A stretch of 64,000 bases of DNA, from positions 28,238,172 through 28,302,171 of the forward strand of contig NC_069004.1 in the NCBI RefSeq assembly GCF_001194135.2, written 5' to 3'. Positions within the stretch are counted from its first letter, which is position 1. Every line of letters begins with the position of its first letter. The notes beneath the pieces are model-generated. The model worked only from the letters and a program-made list of their open reading frames with translations, did not search any database and was not told the origin of the DNA. Made by a program: the position numbers and the translations under genes. This DNA is from Octopus bimaculoides. Taxonomy: Eukaryota. Of this stretch, positions 61,801 to 64,000 are shown piece after piece.

Positions 61801-62424
61801 TACACATGTGGTAATAGATTGCCTATCAAACATATTTCAATGTATGTCTAGATATATACTCACACACACAAACACATGTACATGTGTGCCTGTGAGAGAA
61901 CAAGTGGTTTCCTTGTGATAGGAAATGCACTGATGTTATTGGCTGGTGATGGTCATGGTGGGGGAGGCGGGGGAGGGGGCGATAAAAGATAACCAATGCA
62001 TTGTTGTTAACAGGTTGTGTAGGTGATAGCAACAAGAAGTAGTGGTTGCGGTACTGATGACAGAAATGGTGCTTTCCCTGTTGTGTAAGAAAGGGGATTC
62101 TAATTGAGATGTATCTCATGTTCTTGGTCCCGTGTGGCCCTTACTATTTTGAAATTATATGCAACGAGTTTAGTTGATCAAATCAACCTCAGTGCCTTTT
62201 TTTTATTTTTATTTCAAATCTGGCTCTTCTAATGGTTTCGTTTGCCAAACTGCTAAATAATGGACTATAAACAAACAAACAAACGAACATACACACATGT
62301 ATCCATTCATCCATCCATCTATAGATAGATAAATAATAATCTGGATGCGACCAACCAGCTTACTAGATGTTATACATCACTGGTCACAGTGTGCTTTGCA
62401 TCATACGAATCAACCCCCTCTCAC

Positions 62425-62591
62425 CAGTCCTTATTTTTTTTCTTTTTTAAGCCCGATACTTATTCCGTCAGTCTCCCCTGCCAAACTGCCAGGATACTAG
62501 GATGTAAACAAACCAATACTGGTTGTCAAGTGGTAGTGGGGAATAAACAAGGATACACATGCACGTACACATATGTATACATACATGCATA

Positions 62592-62642
<51 letters not shown>

Positions 62643-63300
62643 CAGGCTTCTTTCAGTTTTCTATTTCTTTACTGCCCACAAGGGGCTACACACAGAGGGG
62701 ACAAACAAGGACAGACAAATGGATTAAGTCGATGATATTGACCCCAATGCGTAACTGGTAGTTATTTAATCGACCCCAAAAGGATGAAAGCCAAAGTCGA
62801 CCTCGGCGGAATTTGAACTCAGAATGTAGCGGCAGAGGAAATTTTTTTTTTTTTCCGCCCTTTCAAAGCCTAGCTAGGCTCATGGGCCTGGTTTCTGTGG
62901 TGTATGTGTTCCCCCCAGCTGGACGGGATGCCAGTCCATCGCAGAGTGAGAGAAAGTTGGTGCGAAAGAGTACAACAGGGGTCGCCACCACCCCCTGCCG
63001 GAGCCTCGTGGAGCTTAGGTGTTTTCACTCAATAAACACTCACAATGTCCAGTCTGGAAATCGAAACCGCGATCCTCCAACTGCGAGTCCGCTGCCCTAA
63101 CCACTGGGCCATTGCGCCTCCACGATAGACGAAATACCGTTAAGCGTTTCTCTTCTTTCAGTTTTTATCTCGCAAATTCACTCCCAAGGCTTAGGTCAAC
63201 TTAAGACTATATTAGAATAGAACACACTTACTAAGGTATCACACCGTGGGACTGAACCCAGAACCATGTGATTGGGAATCAAACGTCCTACCACTCAGTC
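62425..63300 (-). mobile_element. Triple nest: family A containing B (62662-63151) containing D (62843-63123)
   Basis: A resumes on either side of a duplicated CTTCTTTCAGTTTT; B is split with a near-duplicated AGA(G/C)GAAAT at 62834-62842 and 63127-63135. Confidence 0.8.
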
Positions 63301-63881
63301 TTCCTGACATTTTTTTTTCTTACAAAACAGCAAAGATAAACACCTTTCTGTTTAAGACAGAGAGACGCTACTTGTCTTCAAGCGAAGACAGGCAGACGCT
63401 CTACTGATTGTAAAGGATCGTGAGTTTCTTCGTTTACCAAATTACATTTGCTGGAATTGAACCCTGGATGTTTGTGTTGAAAGGCAAAAATTGTTTCTCT
63501 TGTGCTTGCTGTAAGTGTTTGCAACAATCAATTTGATGTGCTTCTACACTAAAGCTGGCAAGGACCTTATAAATAACAAGTGTGACATGATGAAATTGAA
63601 TTAAGTATTTACAAGTCTTCTTCATACTGAATCAAACAACAGAACAAGACACACCACTCCTCCTCGACCTCGCTCTCTCTCTCTCTTTCTTTCACTCCTT
63701 TTTTCACACACACACTCTTTCACTCTCTCTCTCTCTCTCATTCTCTCTCTACAATAACAATAGTAAAAAAAGAAAAACGACATCAGTTAAAAAACTTCAG
63801 TAAAGAAAATAATGATGCAATTTTACTTCAGCATTTTTAATGTGTGTGTATATATGTATCTATATACTCACACACACACAC

Positions 63882-63927
<46 letters not shown>

Positions 63928-64000
63928 GCAAATGTGTGTGTATGCATATGTATGTATGTCCATGTATTTTTGTAATCTATTTTTATCCTTTCCTTTCTTA

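Overview
This is AT-rich, microsatellite-dense eukaryotic DNA with 19 N-gaps (about 7.6 kb by my count). It is most likely intronic or intergenic sequence from a draft octopus genome; that is inferred from my recollection of the repeat families, not from a search. No intact gene is present. Almost every ORF in the supplied track is an artefact of microsatellites or N-runs. Interspersed repeats dominate and carry my own working labels: A (tRNA-headed, ~400 bp, GAAACAAGTAAAAGAG tail), B (~230 bp, GGCGGCGAGCTGGCAG head), C (headless, RTE-type (GAT)n tail), D/E (tRNA-headed with a CORE/Deu-like centre) and H (tRNA head plus hammerhead-type tail). Recognisable transposon relics are an RTE LINE ORF2 fragment, a Penelope-like RT/GIY-YIG fragment, a Tc1/mariner (maT-like) fragment, a pogo-like BrkDBD fragment, and hAT- and piggyBac-type MITEs. 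One plausible host exon (16747-16859) and a few weaker exon candidates exist. The most interesting signal is family H. It has two copies, each with a Pol III tRNA-like head, a Penelope-type minimal hammerhead ribozyme core near the 3' end, and an inverted partial copy at the same 5' junction. Coordinates were counted by hand, and repeat boundaries are approximate.
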